From the NCBI GenBank assembly GCA_951406725.2, contig OX597815.1, forward strand, positions 199,020,001 through 199,084,000: a stretch of 64,000 nt of DNA. The letters run 5' to 3'. This stretch comes from Octopus vulgaris. Its lineage: Eukaryota. Positions 27,872 through 43,210 of the stretch are shown here, piece after piece. The notes under the pieces were generated by a model. The model searched no databases, was not told where the DNA came from, and saw nothing but the letters and a program-made list of their open reading frames with translations. How positions within the stretch are numbered: the first letter of the stretch is position 1; every line of letters begins with the position of its first letter. Both the position numbers and the translations under genes were made by a program.

Positions 27872-28906
27872 AGGTGTGATCGTCGTTTGTCAAACGTGCT
27901 CTTCCCCAGCTCGTTTTCCTGACTGGGCTGCAATTCTGGTTCAAGAAGAAACCGATACAGGGTGACTGGCATCTGGAATGTTGCCAGGCACTCACTTCCC
28001 TCTACCAGGCGAGCAATGCGATCAGTGGAACATCTACTCCCGAGTTCTATAGAGGGAAAGAGCGATGACGCACTCAGAGAGGCGCTAGGCGTCGACTGAC
28101 CAGTCTGTTCCGGTGGACTTTTGAGCCGGGAACTTCCAGAAATGGATAATTTCCAGAAATCCCTAACTTGGCAGCGCTACTGTGGGGCATTGCCGGATCA
28201 AGATAAACGCTACAGGCAAGGAAGTGCTGTCGGACGGGGCTACCCGACATGAGCGGAGAAATGACGAAAACGTTCTGCACACACACGTTCAGCGTCCTAA
28301 CTTATGGAGTTGCGTTGAACAAATGTTATCACGTGTAGGACGGATCCAGCTATCGGCCGAGTCCATAGTGAAGATCGGTCCGCCGCCTTCCATTGATCCG
28401 GAAGGGCAGGCAATTTTCCTCTGTTTGATAGCAGTAGTGAAGGAGGTTGTATAGTGGACCAGGTTGAGAGGACTGAAGACAGACACTTTTCTCTTCGGCC
28501 AATCCCTCATCAACTTTTTCAAATTTCACTTAGAAGGGAAGATGAGGGTGGAGAGAGAAATACTGCACCCCACCCAATACATTTCTTAAAAAGGTGGGCG
28601 AATGTAATGAAAATAGCTCGTGTGAGTAGACCTACTCTAATAATTCGCCTGTGGGTTAGTAAATTTGTGATGGCGAAGAGTGCCTTTCCTGACTGTCCTC
28701 GAAGCGTCGAGTGGTTCAGTATTGATGGGATACCTGAGCTACCACCAGGTATTACCCTTCCACTGGGGAACTTTCATTGTTATATTCTTCTTGTTTGGTA
28801 TTATTGTTATTGTTTTGTGTGCTCGTTGTTTTGTGTAAAACCTCCCACTGTTCACGTCTACTGTATTGTTCCCTATATGTCGGCCTTGGCGGCCAATAAA
28901 TGAAAT
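27872..28906 (+). pseudogene. L1/Tx1-clade LINE ORF2 C-terminus and 3' UTR (degraded)
   Basis: Peptides MDNFQKSLTWQ, GALP, LWSCVEQMLSRVGRIQLSAESIVKI..AIFLCLIAVVKEVV*WTRLRG..TFLFGQSLINFFKFHL resemble the zf-RVT-type C-terminal region; ends GGCCAATAAATGAAAT. Confidence 0.75.
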
Positions 28907-28922
28907 TATTATTAGTATTATT

Positions 28923-31460
<2,538 letters not shown>

Positions 31461-32089
31461 ATTCATTTACTTATTTCATCATACTACTATGAGCTGGAAC
31501 GGTTTTAACATAGATTAGCTCGACGAAAGGTGATCTGTAATAAGAGTGGCAACAAGTATACACTGCCAGAATCAATTATAGGAGCAGACGAGTGGAAAGA
31601 ATATAGAATTGTGTCATCATTAGAATATTTTTTATTAAATATAAAAATCTCTGAGTTAAATATTTTGTCTCTTGATGTTTTATTATTGCTACAATGTTCA
31701 ATTTATTTTCTGTATTTGTATGATTTTTTAAAAACTTTCATAGCAAACATTTTGTTTCTCGCAGACAAACATGAAACCATTCCCATTATTTACACAGGTC
31801 AAAAATTTCATCGGTCGTAACTGACACGAAAACCGCAAGTAAGGAATGAATAGAAAACTTATTGAAGTGTTGTACATGCAGTCCCTCTTGTGTGCACGCA
31901 CACACGCACACACATGCGCACACACATACACACACACACATACATACATACACACACGCACACACAAATACATACATAAATACAAGCACAAATAAACACG
32001 TACACACATACATACACACGGTCTCAATTCTCTCGTTTTCTCAATCTCAGCGAATAGATTTGTGTGTGTGTGTGCGTGTGTGTTTATTA

Positions 32090-32253
32090 AGGCGCAGGCG
32101 TAGCTGTGAGGTAAGATGCTTGTTTCCCAACCACATGGTTCTGGGTTCAATCCCACTATGTGGCACCTTGGGCGAGTGTCTTCAACTATAGCCTCGGGCC
32201 GACCAAAGACTCGTGAGTGATTTTACTAAACGGAAACTGAAAGAAACCCATCG

Positions 32254-32301
<48 letters not shown>

Positions 32302-32515
32302 CATAGTTGTATGTCTGTGTTTGTCCCACCATCATCACTTGACAACCTATGTTGGTGTGCTTACTTCCCCGTAACTTAGCCGTTCGGCAAAACGGCTCGA
32401 TAGAATAAGTACTAGACATACAAAGATTAAGTACTGGATTCGAATTTTTCGAATGAAGGCGGTGGTGCAGCAAGACCGCAGTCAAATGACTGAAACTAGC
32501 AAAAGAATAAAAGAA
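32090..32515 (+). mobile_element. CORE-like tRNA SINE, full length
   Basis: GGCGCAGGCGTAGCTGTGAGGTAAG...GGGTTCAATCCC...CCTTGGGCGAGTGTCTT...CAGTCAAATGACTGAAAC...AAAAGAATAAAAGAA. Confidence 0.88.
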
Positions 32516-32566
32516 TAGATATATCCATGTATGTGTGTGCGGAAATATATCTATATAATAATGTAT

Positions 32567-32748
32567 ATTCTCTTTTAGTGCCTTATAATTTAACACACCG
32601 TTAAAATTTCCACTTGTTTCCTTTTTATTTTTCTGAAATTTTCGTTGCGTCTTGCAACCTTTTCAAATAAGGAAATAAGTGGAAATGTTACCGGTGAGTG
32701 TGTTAAATTACAAGGCACTAAAAGAGAATGACTCTCCCCAGACACAAC
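32567..32748. mobile_element. PLE-type inverted element with U3:A8 hammerhead-like core
   Basis: Inverted arms ATTCTCTTTTAGTGCCTTATAATTTAACACAC / GTGTGTTAAATTACAAGGCACTAAAAGAGAAT; minus-strand TTGAAAA-G-GTTGC-AAGAC-GCAAC-GAAA-AT-TT. The same 3' end occurs at 60128-60184. Confidence 0.7.
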
Positions 32749-33002
32749 AGAATGTGCTTCAACACACGAACTCACATAAAGAATCTTGCAAACCAAATCC
32801 CAAAACGAAATATATATATATATTCTGCTTCCCTTTTCCTGACTTTTTTCTGTATATGTAATTGGAAGATTTGAGTATGAATTACAGAAATCGTATAATG
32901 TATGTTATCACATTTATAAAACAATATATTATTTTAAATTGTGGTAAGACATTAGATTATTATGATATTTGAAGTGATTTATACTTGTTTTTTGAAGTGA
33001 TT

Positions 33003-33090
33003 TATACTTGTAAGTCCAGGTGTTTTTGTTATATATTTGTCTGAATGATTTTATTATTTTCATACCTAATGCACCTACAATAATAGGAAT
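33003..33090 (-). mobile_element. Isolated internal fragment of the Dong-like LINE
   Basis: TATACTTGTAAGTCCAGGTGTTTTTGTTATATATTTGTCTGAAT...CATACCTAATGCACCTAC matches 29089-29170. Confidence 0.8.
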
Positions 33091-33689
33091 TAATGTGTTT
33101 GTAAGGTCAAATCAAAAACAGGAAGATAGGAAAAAAGAAAAGAAAGAAAAGAAAAAACAGTGGAAAGAGAGATAATAAGGAAATGAAGAGAGGGTAAGTG
33201 TACTGGTTAGTGGTCAGTCAGGATAAATTGATAGAATGAATGGGGAGGTGAGGGTGATAGAGAGAGAAAGATATGAGAGTGTAAAGCGGTGAGAGAGTAA
33301 ATAGTAAAGGAGTTTTAGCGAGAGAGGGGGTAGGGGTAGTAAAATGGTGGAATGAAAAATTTCGGAATATAAGTTAAATTGCAAAACGACAGGTCAGTGC
33401 TTAATAGTAGCAGAATGTATATTACACGCACCCATATATACGTGTATCTGTATGTATTATCACCTCTGATCACGCAGGTATATATACCTTGCAAACATAC
33501 ATACACACACACGTACACCCTTACGTAAGCATACACATACAAATACAATTAAATGATTGTGATATTCAAGTATGAAAGAGGAATTAGATAGGGATTAGGA
33601 GTTAAAATGTAGATTTATAAGATTATTGGGATTACTTAAGGAGTATTGTGGAAATATACTGTATGGTCATTTAGGCATTTGGATTTGTG

Positions 33690-34600
33690 GTAGAATTTGA
33701 ATGTGTGAAAAAAGCGGTGGTTGCATGTGCTTAGTGCCTCATTATGTTTATTTAGCAGTGTTGAAGAGTTGTGCTTTAATATGTGAAGCGCCTCCTTCAG
33801 GCAAAACATGCAGGTTGAGCATTGACTTCGGTAGGGAAGCCCTAAATCCAGTATGGACCATGATAAAGTATAGGGTATATCTGTATTGTTTAGATGATGT
33901 ATGTAATTGGCAAATATTGTAGATTTACTGTGTTTATCGTATCTAAAAGAATGGAGGTGAGCGGCATATCGTTGCTTAAAATTTTTAGTTTATCCTATGT
34001 ATATGGCTGTTGAGTTGTGTAATAGATTAAGGACAGTGCATTTGTAAATTACATTATATCTTCTGCAATGGGTTGGTAACGGACAGATGGTTCCAGAACG
34101 GCAGTTACAATTAGGTGAATTTGGGGGATTGTATTCAGGAATGGAGGAGGTAATATTGTTTAGAGCAGAAGTTAGAGAAGGGAGTAGAAAAGTCTAGATT
34201 ATTAGTATCATTAACGTTATCATTACCATCATTGTTATTATTACTATTGTTGTTATTAATTGTACTATTTGTAAGAGTGATAGAGATTGTGGTAGTGTTC
34301 CGGACAGTGTCAGTAGGATGGGTTGGGTTGTGGTTGTGGTCTAATGTAAGGGTATCTGTGCTGGGGCTGTGTGTGTTGAGGGTTCGAATGTGAGTTTTGA
34401 TAGTAAAGAGAAAGCTTTTGCTTATTAGAGGCTGCTACGATAGATTCGAAATTGGGTGAGTTAGAATAAGATAGTTTCAGGGTGGATCTATTAAAGGTAG
34501 AATATTTTTGTTGCCGAGTGAAGTTAGAGTCTAGTATTTTAAAGGAGGATTTAGCTAAGTTCTTAACGTTAAGTGAGAATGGGGGCGTGTACCATATGAC
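33690..34600 (-). pseudogene. Penelope-like retroelement RT-linker plus GIY-YIG endonuclease relic (Neptune-like)
   Basis: Manual translation gives VIWYTPPFSLNVKNLAKSSFKILDSNF...FNRSTLKLSYSNSPNF, then CNCRSGTICPLPTHCRRYNVIYKC...AIYIG*TKNFKQRYAAHLHSF...LSWSIL..PY...CMFCLKEALHIL....LLNKHNEALSTCNHR. Confidence 0.9.
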
Positions 34601-34858
34601 CTACGTTGGACTCCTCATTCGCATAATCACCGAATCTGGAGCTTAACTATAGTCTGTCCATAGCACTTACTCAGCATTACCTGACACCTTTGTGTCTTCT
34701 TGACACCATTACCTCTCATAACCTATATATGAGAGACAGAGAGAGTTATTGGTATCCAGAAGACCCAAGATGGCAGGTAATACTATATAAGTGCTACGGG
34801 AGGTCTGTAGTTAGACTCTCGATTCGATAATAATACGAGTGAGGAGTCTAATGCAGGT
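34600..34858. repeat. Imperfect long inverted repeat (~120-bp arms)
   Basis: ACCTACGTTGGACTCCTCATTCG...ACCATTACCTCTC versus GAGAGTTATTGGT...CGAGTGAGGAGTCTAATGCAGGT. Confidence 0.8.
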
Positions 34859-35084
34859 TTTATGTGAGTATGTATATGTTAAATATAATGTGACTACAAA
34901 GCCAAGGCTGTGTGGAATTTATAGGACATTTATAAAGAGAAATGTAGTGTTTGTAAATGTCATATAAACTCAACAAATCCTTGGTTTTGTTGTCTCATTT
35001 TATTTAACACCCACACACACACACGCAAGCACGCAAGCTCACGCACACACAAATATATATATATATATATACACCAACAACGGG

Positions 35085-35185
35085 GTTATCATAGAAGACA
35101 CTTACACAAGGTGCCACGCAGTGGGACTGAACCCGGGACCATGAGGTTAAGAAGCAAGTTTCTCATAGCACAGCCCCACCTGCGC
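35085..35185 (-). mobile_element. CORE-like SINE head fragment
   Basis: CAAGGTGCCACGCAGTGGGACTGAACCCGGGACCATG. Confidence 0.75.
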
Positions 35186-35191
35186 TTATTC

Positions 35192-35224
<33 letters not shown>

Positions 35225-35261
35225 GCGAGAGAGAGAGGGAGAGGATTTCAAACACTTCTAA

Positions 35262-35450
35262 CATCGCTAGCCACTACACATTGTTTATTTTCTCTCCTCG
35301 TTTCTTTCTGTGTTCCTTTCTGTGGAAGAGGGTAGGCTGGAAACGTTAAAGACTTTTTCACTTCCCGAGCATTATACTAATACATCTGTTTGTTGTCTAC
35401 ACCACCTGCCTTCGTCTTTTGTTGTTTTTCTTTGAGTGAATTCTCCCCAT
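35262..35450 (+). mobile_element. PLE-type terminal-repeat fragment with decayed hammerhead
   Basis: CTTT-CTGTGGA-A-GAGGGTAGGCTG-GAAA-CG-TT-AAAG (35316-35351): stems I and III intact, core and stem II mutated. Confidence 0.55.
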
Positions 35451-36493
35451 ATATATATACACACACACAGTAATGTTTCGACTGTCGCAGGTGTTACGTT
35501 ACAAAAAAAAACAGCGATTGGTGGAAGTCCGCGAAGTAAAAACAATAATGCACTGTATATTTTTTTGTATATATATGTTTTTTTTATTATAAATAGGAAA
35601 ATAGGGATGAAAACATTCAATCTTCCACAGGTTCCACTGTTTAATACCCAATTTTGTACAGAAAAAAAACCTTACAAATCATATGGGTATATATTAAATT
35701 TATAAAATATTAATAGAAAATGAAGATATACAATATACATATATAATGTATAAGCGTGTATGAATTTCATTTGTGTGATGTATGTGTAGCATCATGAGAG
35801 TGAATGCTCATATACTTGAGGGAATGATGATACGAACGAACATGTATGTAAATGTATGTTGATGCTCATGCATTCATATTTACATGTATACGTTACGTGT
35901 GTTATTTAAAAAAGAAAACTCACCATAAAATCCTAAAATTTGATACATTTTTATGTAGCTTACCATAATCATTTAGTTATTATTTCCATCTGAAGTCATG
36001 GTTCTCTAAACTTGACTCACATTTTGTTGAATTTAAATTAAAATAAAATAATCAAACCTTATTAATTTAATTATATTATCAAATTATAGTATAAAAAGGA
36101 GGAAAAAGCTGAAACATGCTCGGTTAGAGAGAGAAAAATATCTATTTAGCCATGCAATATGGCTGACTTGCAATTAATTTGAAATTTTTACTTAAATATC
36201 CGGAATTGTGTATAAGACATTTTTATTGTTTTTCATTGTAGATAGACGTATTGCGTGTATGTATGTGTATAAGTAAGTGTATATGTGATTATTGTACATT
36301 AAATGAGAAGAGTGTGTATAAGGCAGCGTAGATTGTACAGATATATACATGCTTATGTATATTACATATATTAGCTTAGACTGTGTGTATAACGCAACAT
36401 ACGATATATAGAATGTCCTCTCACATCTAATTATTCTCTTTTCTTTTCTAATTTGTCTTTTTCATCATGTTCTTCATCTTTCACTACTACTAT

Positions 36494-36554
<61 letters not shown>

Positions 36555-37055
36555 GTTTCATGTCTTTCTATTGTGTTATTCTGTGTACGTATACTTGTGG
36601 AGATATATATATGTAAGTATATGTGTACATAGATATTACACATTTGTGTGTATATATAATTATGTGTATATACATAATATACATGTGTATGCGTGTTTCT
36701 GTGTGTATATATAAACACACTTACACACACATTCATGTATATATATATGTGTGTGTGTGTGTGTATGTGTGTGTATTATATTTGAGATTGTAATAATAGA
36801 GTGCGTGAGATTGTTCAAATCATATAATCATATACATACATAAGTATAAATATATGCACACACACACACATACACACACACACACACATACACACACGCA
36901 TACACATACACAATCTTCCAAGATATATTTGCACACGGTTACACACACATATTTTTTATATTTACATAATATATCTGTACACATAATGAAGTGGAGGTAG
37001 AAAAAGGTTGGGACAGCTTGAAGTGGCATATGTGTATGCGTATACACACACACAC

Positions 37056-37088
<33 letters not shown>

Positions 37089-37089
37089 C

Positions 37090-37163
<74 letters not shown>

Positions 37164-37165
37164 CA

Positions 37166-37252
<87 letters not shown>

Positions 37253-37311
37253 CGCATATACATATACACATAACTATATATACATATATACATACACACG
37301 CGTATATATAT

Positions 37312-37353
<42 letters not shown>

Positions 37354-38134
37354 TATTTAGAGTCCTTTCGTTTCAACTTCGTAACTTCATCAAATCAGTA
37401 TGTCTTAATGTTTTATAATGTTTTCATATTTATCGTATTATATTTTTACTTTGTCTTTTTAGCATTGTTGCATTTTTCAAAAAATATATATATTTTTTTT
37501 TTATTTGTGTGGCTTTGTGTGTGCGGACAGTTGTACGTACGCACGTATGTACGTCTCAACGTATGTACGTACGCACATACGTACGTACGTACGTATGTTT
37601 TTATCTATATACGGTGTATGTGTGTGAGAGAAAATGTTTTTGGTCTTAAACCATATTAAATCAACGTAGGTTCCTTTTGTTTACGTGGCTTGCTGCCAAC
37701 TGTTTCATTATATTTAACACTGGCCCCCTTTATTTCCTTGTCCACATCATTTTATCTTTCAAATTTGCTGTCAGGCATTTCCTGTCCTCTGTCTCTACTC
37801 AGCAAACCATAACATCTAAAACATCACTCAATATTTTCAACCAACCAATCAATACCGACTTCTTTTTTCCTTTTTTTTTTTTCCGTTTTTAATGGAATTT
37901 ATAGTATTCGAGACAAATTTACAGGACCCATTTAATTGGTAGCCAACCGCCAATCAGTTGGCAATAATTTCTGAAATACTAAAATTCATGTTGTTTTTTT
38001 CTATTTTCTTGTAGTTATTCCCAAAATACTTCTGATGGTACCACTTTATTTGTATTACCATTTCTTTAATGAAAATCACGAGCTCCACAACTCCTTACTT
38101 AAAATTTCATTATTCAATATCAATTAGTTACTAA

Positions 38135-40790
38135 AAGCAGCGAGCTGGCAGAACTGTTATGATACCGAGAAAAAGAGCTTAACGGCATTTTGGACGTCTA
38201 TAAGTTCTGAGTTCAAATTCCGCTCGAGGTCGACTTTGCTTTTTATCATTTCGGGGTCGATGAAATAAGTACCAGTTCAGCACTGGGGTCGATGTCATCG
38301 ACTTACCCCACTCTCTTAACTTGCTGCTCATGTGTTAAAATTTGAAGCCCAAATAAATTAGTTATGAAGCGGCAAGATGGCAGAATCGGTAGCAAGCTGG
38401 ACAAAATGTTTAGCGGCATTTCGTATGTCTCTAGGTTCTGAGTTCAAATTCCACTCGAGGTCGACTTTGCCTTTCATTCTTTCGGGTTTTGCGTTTTGCA
38501 TTTGGGTCGTTGTAATCGACTGGCCCCCTCGCCCAAAATTTCGGGCCTTGTGCCTAGATTAGAAAAGATTTCTATTTTGTCTGTCTTTACGTTCTGTGTT
38601 CAAATCCCGCTGAGGTCGACTTTGCTTTTCATCCTTTCGGGGGTCGATAAATACCAGTTGCGTACTGGGGTCGATCTAATCGACAGGCCTCCTGCTGCTC
38701 CAAAATTTCGGCCCTTTTGCCTAGAGTAGAATAGAATATCAATTAGTCACGGAAGGCGGTGAGCTGGCAGGAACGTTAGCACGCCTTGTGCCTAGAGTAG
38801 AAAAGATTCTTATTTCGTCTGCCGTTACGTTCTGAGTTCAAATTCCGCCGAGGTCGACTTTGCCTTTCATCCTTTCAGTAACAGTTACGAATTGGGGTCG
38901 ATGTAATCAACTTAATCCGTTTGTCTGACCCTGTTTGTCCCCTTTATGTTTAGCCCCTTGTGGGCAATAAAGACATAAGGAACGTTAGCACGCCGGACGA
39001 AATGCTTAGCGGCATTTCGTCTCTCTACGTTCTGAGTTCAAATTCCACCGATGTCGACTTTGCCTTTCGTCATATCGGAGCCGATAAAATAAGTTCCAGT
39101 TTAACACTAGGGTCGATCTAATCGACTGACCCTCGCTCTCTGAACTTGCTACCCGCGTGCCAAAATTTGAAACCAGTATTCGTTAGGTGTAGGCCGGTGA
39201 GTTGGCTGAATCATTAGCACGCTGGACAAAATGTTTAGCAGCATTTCGTCTGTCTCTAGGTTCTCATTTCAAATTCCGACCGAGGTCGACTTTGCCTCTC
39301 ATCATCTTGGTGTCGATAAAATAAGCAGCAGTCTGTTGAGCTCGGGGGCCGATGTCACCGACTTATTCCCCTCCCCACAAAAGAAGTGCTGGCCTTGTGC
39401 CAAAATCTGAAACTAATATTAATTGTATTGCGCTTTGCTTGTTTCTTAGCGTGTAAATAAAACCTAGTAGGTAGCAGAATGTTTTTCTACTCTAGGCACA
39501 AAATTCTAAAAATTTTGAAGAGGCAGGGGCCAGTCGAATAGATCGACCGAAGTATGTAACTGATGCTTAATTTATCTACCCTGAAAGAATGAAAGACAAA
39601 GTCGACCTCGGTGGAATTTTAACTCAGAACGTAAAAACAGACGAAATACCTATTTCTTTACTACCCACAAGGAGCTAAACACAGAAAGGCAAAGTTGATC
39701 TCGGCGGAATTTGTACTCAGAACATTGCGGCAAACGAAATACCTATTTCTTTACTACCCAAGGGGCTAAACACAGTGAGAACAAACAAGGACATACAAAC
39801 GGATTAAGTCGATTATATCGACCCCAGTGCGTAACTGGTACTTATTTAATCGACCCTGAAAGGATGAAAGGCAAAGTCGACCTAGGCGGAATTTGAACTC
39901 AGACCGTAGCGGCAGACGAAATACGGCTACGCATTTCTCCCGGCGTGCCAGCTCCCCTCCTTAGATTTCACCATTAATATTACTGCCGTATCAAGTCAGC
40001 GAGCAGGCAGAATCGTTAGTACGCAGGGAACAATGCTTAGCGGCATTTCGTCCGTCATTAAGTTCTGAATTCAAGTTTCGCTGATGTTGAATCGGCTTGC
40101 CCTCACTCCCAAAAATTGCTGGCCTTGTACCAAAATTTGAACCCAATATTATTGTGTATCAAAGCAGCAATCTGGCAGAATGATCATCAAACCAGGTAAA
40201 ATGCTTAGTGGGATTTCGTCCGTCTTTATGTTCTGAGTTCGAATTCCGCCGAGGTCGACTTTGCCTTTTATCCTTTGGAGGTCGATAAAATAAGTACCAG
40301 TCGAGTACTTGTGTCGATCTAATCGACTTATCCCTTTCTCCAAATTGCTGGCATTGCGCCAAATTTCAAAACCAATATTACGGATGTATTTATCCATGCC
40401 CTTGTGCATCCTGAGTTCAAATCTTCCCCAGAACAACTTTAGTTTTCAATCTTCCGGGGTCGATAAAATTAAAAACCTGTCAAGTACTAGAGGCGCAAGT
40501 CTATATTTGTCCCTCCCCTCAGAACTGTTGGCCTTCAACTGAAATTAGGAACAATTATTAGGGTTATATAGAGGCAAAATCAGTAGAGAATCGGAGAAAA
40601 TTCTTGGCGATATTTCTTCCACATCTCTACATCTCTCAGTAAGTTGACCACTGACCAAAGTCACTGTTACTTTTCACCCTTCCGGGATCAATAAATTGAA
40701 ATATTTATCAAGTACTGGGTTTCATAAAAAGGACCAATTCCTACTTCACAAAAATATGCTGGCATTGTGCCTAAATCGGAAACAATTATT
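38135..40790. mobile_element. Dense cluster of more than 10 Nin-domain SINE units (plus 38135-39420, minus 39482-39960, plus 40000-40790)
   Basis: Repeated heads (GAGCTGGCAGAA) and GTCGACTTTGCC...GTCGATAAAATAAGTACCAG motifs of differing divergence. Confidence 0.88.
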
Positions 40791-41469
40791 AAGAATGTCT
40801 AAAACATCATCTATCTAATGCGTTCTCTATCTTTCTTAAAGCAGCAGGATATGATGTGAAGGTGAATTAGCTATTATATTTAGCAAAGAGAACTACGACG
40901 AGGCTACCAGTCTCTTGAGCTAATACAATAAATATCAGTCAATTATTTGTGTCTATTCAATCAATTTATTTACAGATGTATACAAATGTGCGACTTGTTT
41001 CAATTTGAGATATTGTTAATCAAAATCATAATCACTGGGCCGTCAAAAAAGCTTGTTTCATTTTATATTACTCGGGGTTTTTTTTTTCTTACATTTAAAA
41101 AAATATATTTCATTTTCAGATTGAAATTAGATGAATTTTGTTTAGAATTATTTCTAATTTTACAATATGAATTTCTCTTGTTTGCTTTTATATGGTTTTC
41201 TTTTAATAATTATTTTTGTTCCCCTTTCCGTTTCTTCCGATTTCGGGCTGTTCAATCAACGCCTTTTCTATAATTCTCTGACAGTAATATTATGGTTCTT
41301 TGTTCTGCAGAAAAGTAGGTCTAACAACCATATTTTATACATGCACTCTCACACATACGCATACATATACGCACGCATACGTTAATGCATTACATACATG
41401 TACCTACAAATGCGGGCATATATATACGTAAATACACATACATATAAATATATTCATAGTCAATCAGAC

Positions 41470-41700
<231 letters not shown>

Positions 41701-42442
41701 ATCAGACAGGCATATATATGTGTGCATATATATGCAGTCAGTCAGACAGGCATATATATGTGTTCATATATATGTGTGTGTGTGCGCGTATGTGCGTGTG
41801 CATGTGTGTATGCGTTTCTATCTGTGTTTGTGTGTATGTGTGTGTATGTGTAAGTATATATACGGGTGTATGTACGTATATATAAGTGGATATATTGATG
41901 TATGCATACATACGCACGTGTGCATGTTCTTTTTTGTATATTTATACATGTATGTGTCTTCGTGTCTATGTGTATGTAAGAGAGTGAGTGTGTGTGTATG
42001 TGAGTGTGTGTGCGTGCATGTGTGTAACCTTATACCTGTTGTGTCTCAATGAAGTAGCAGTTTATCCGTTCCTTCTTTAACTGGACACTGGCCACAATCT
42101 CTTTACTCTAACTTATAACCAGAGCCCTAAAAGATTCACTGCTATCGGTTTTGTAACTTATTATTGTTATTGATAAATTCATTTTTTCTGTTCGACCCCT
42201 TCTTGGATTGAAAAGCGGTATGGCTTCGTACATGTAAAGTTTATTCTATATTTCTGCCACTTGCTAATGGGAACGGCATGCGAGGTTGTTGACAATCTTT
42301 GAACTATATGTATAATGAGCCTTCTATAGATATCGCTGAATTTATAGGGGAATATCTACTATAAAATGTAATGTAATTTTGGCGGCAATTTACTGAAATT
42401 GGTGTGTACCATATAGAATTGAATACCATGTCCGTTTTCTGT

Positions 42443-42598
42443 ATACATTATGTACATTATTTACATTCGACGGATATTTCTCCTCATCTTTTTTGTTGTT
42501 GACACAACGTTTCGGCTGATATACCCTCCAGCCTTCATCAGGTGTCTTGGGGAAATTTCGAACCTGGGTTCTCATTCCTAAGGTATTTTTCGATGTTG

Positions 42599-42638
<40 letters not shown>

Positions 42639-42821
42639 CATCATTATTATTAGTTTTCAGGTCACTGCTTGAATGCGAACTCGGAATCTTGGGGTTAGTA
42701 GCCCGCGCTCTTAACCACTACGCCATATGCCCGTGAGCATATGGCGTAACAACAAAAAAGATGGACAAATATCCGTCGAATGTAAAAAATGTACATAATT
42801 CCTCATCTCTTAAATATAGAA
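42443..42821 (-). mobile_element. tRNA-headed, hammerhead-containing element in head-to-head inverted arrangement
   Basis: Minus strand from 42732: GGGCATATGGCGTAGTGGTTAAG (A box), GGG-CTACTAA-CCC arm, GAGTTCG, (TAA)n, hammerhead, tail. The plus arm 42735-42821 is head start fused to tail. Flanking CCGTTTT(C/G)TGT at 42432 and 42822. Confidence 0.75.
42501..42546 (-). ncRNA. Minimal type I hammerhead ribozyme motif, canonical core
   Basis: GACAC-CTGATGA-A-GGCTG-GAGGGTATAT-CAGCC-GAAA-CG-TT-GTGTC: 5-bp stems I and II, palindromic ACGT stem III. Confidence 0.75.
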
Positions 42822-42840
42822 CCGTTTTGTGTTTGTTATA

Positions 42841-43210
42841 CTGTAGAACCTCGCAGCAGTACGAGTGCCCCATTGATCGAGCCGAGACGCGGGCCAATTT
42901 TTATCTTGAAGTATGAGCGGAATACCGCAGTAAGAGCACACAAATCGCCCTATCTTTAAGGTAATTCAGTTAATAAAACCAGTTTACATATTTCTTTTGC
43001 ATCCCCTTTTTTATAATTGTCATTTTACTTGTACTACAGCTTTTCTGTTTAAAACTCATGAAAAATTATTTTTGAGTGATTTTCTGATGTTAGAACGGAC
43101 TAATTATATTTTAGTCAATTTCAATGGGGGAAAATGAATTGTTTAACGAGTAAATCGTTAGACGAACTCGGTCATGGAACGAATTAAACTCGTACTGCGA
43201 GGTATCACTG
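42841..43210. mobile_element. Tigger/pogo-like MITE with TA TSD
   Basis: TA|CTGTAGAACCTCGCAGCAGTACGAGT ... ACTCGTACTGCGAGGTATCACTG|TA. Confidence 0.75.

Noticed and set aside
33460-33500. CTGATCA-C-GCAGGTATATATACCTTGC-AAAC hammerhead-like string downstream of the PLE ORF
   Set aside because: Breaks the 3:8 pair, lacks G12 and stem I, and is antisense to the ORF; at most a decayed relic.
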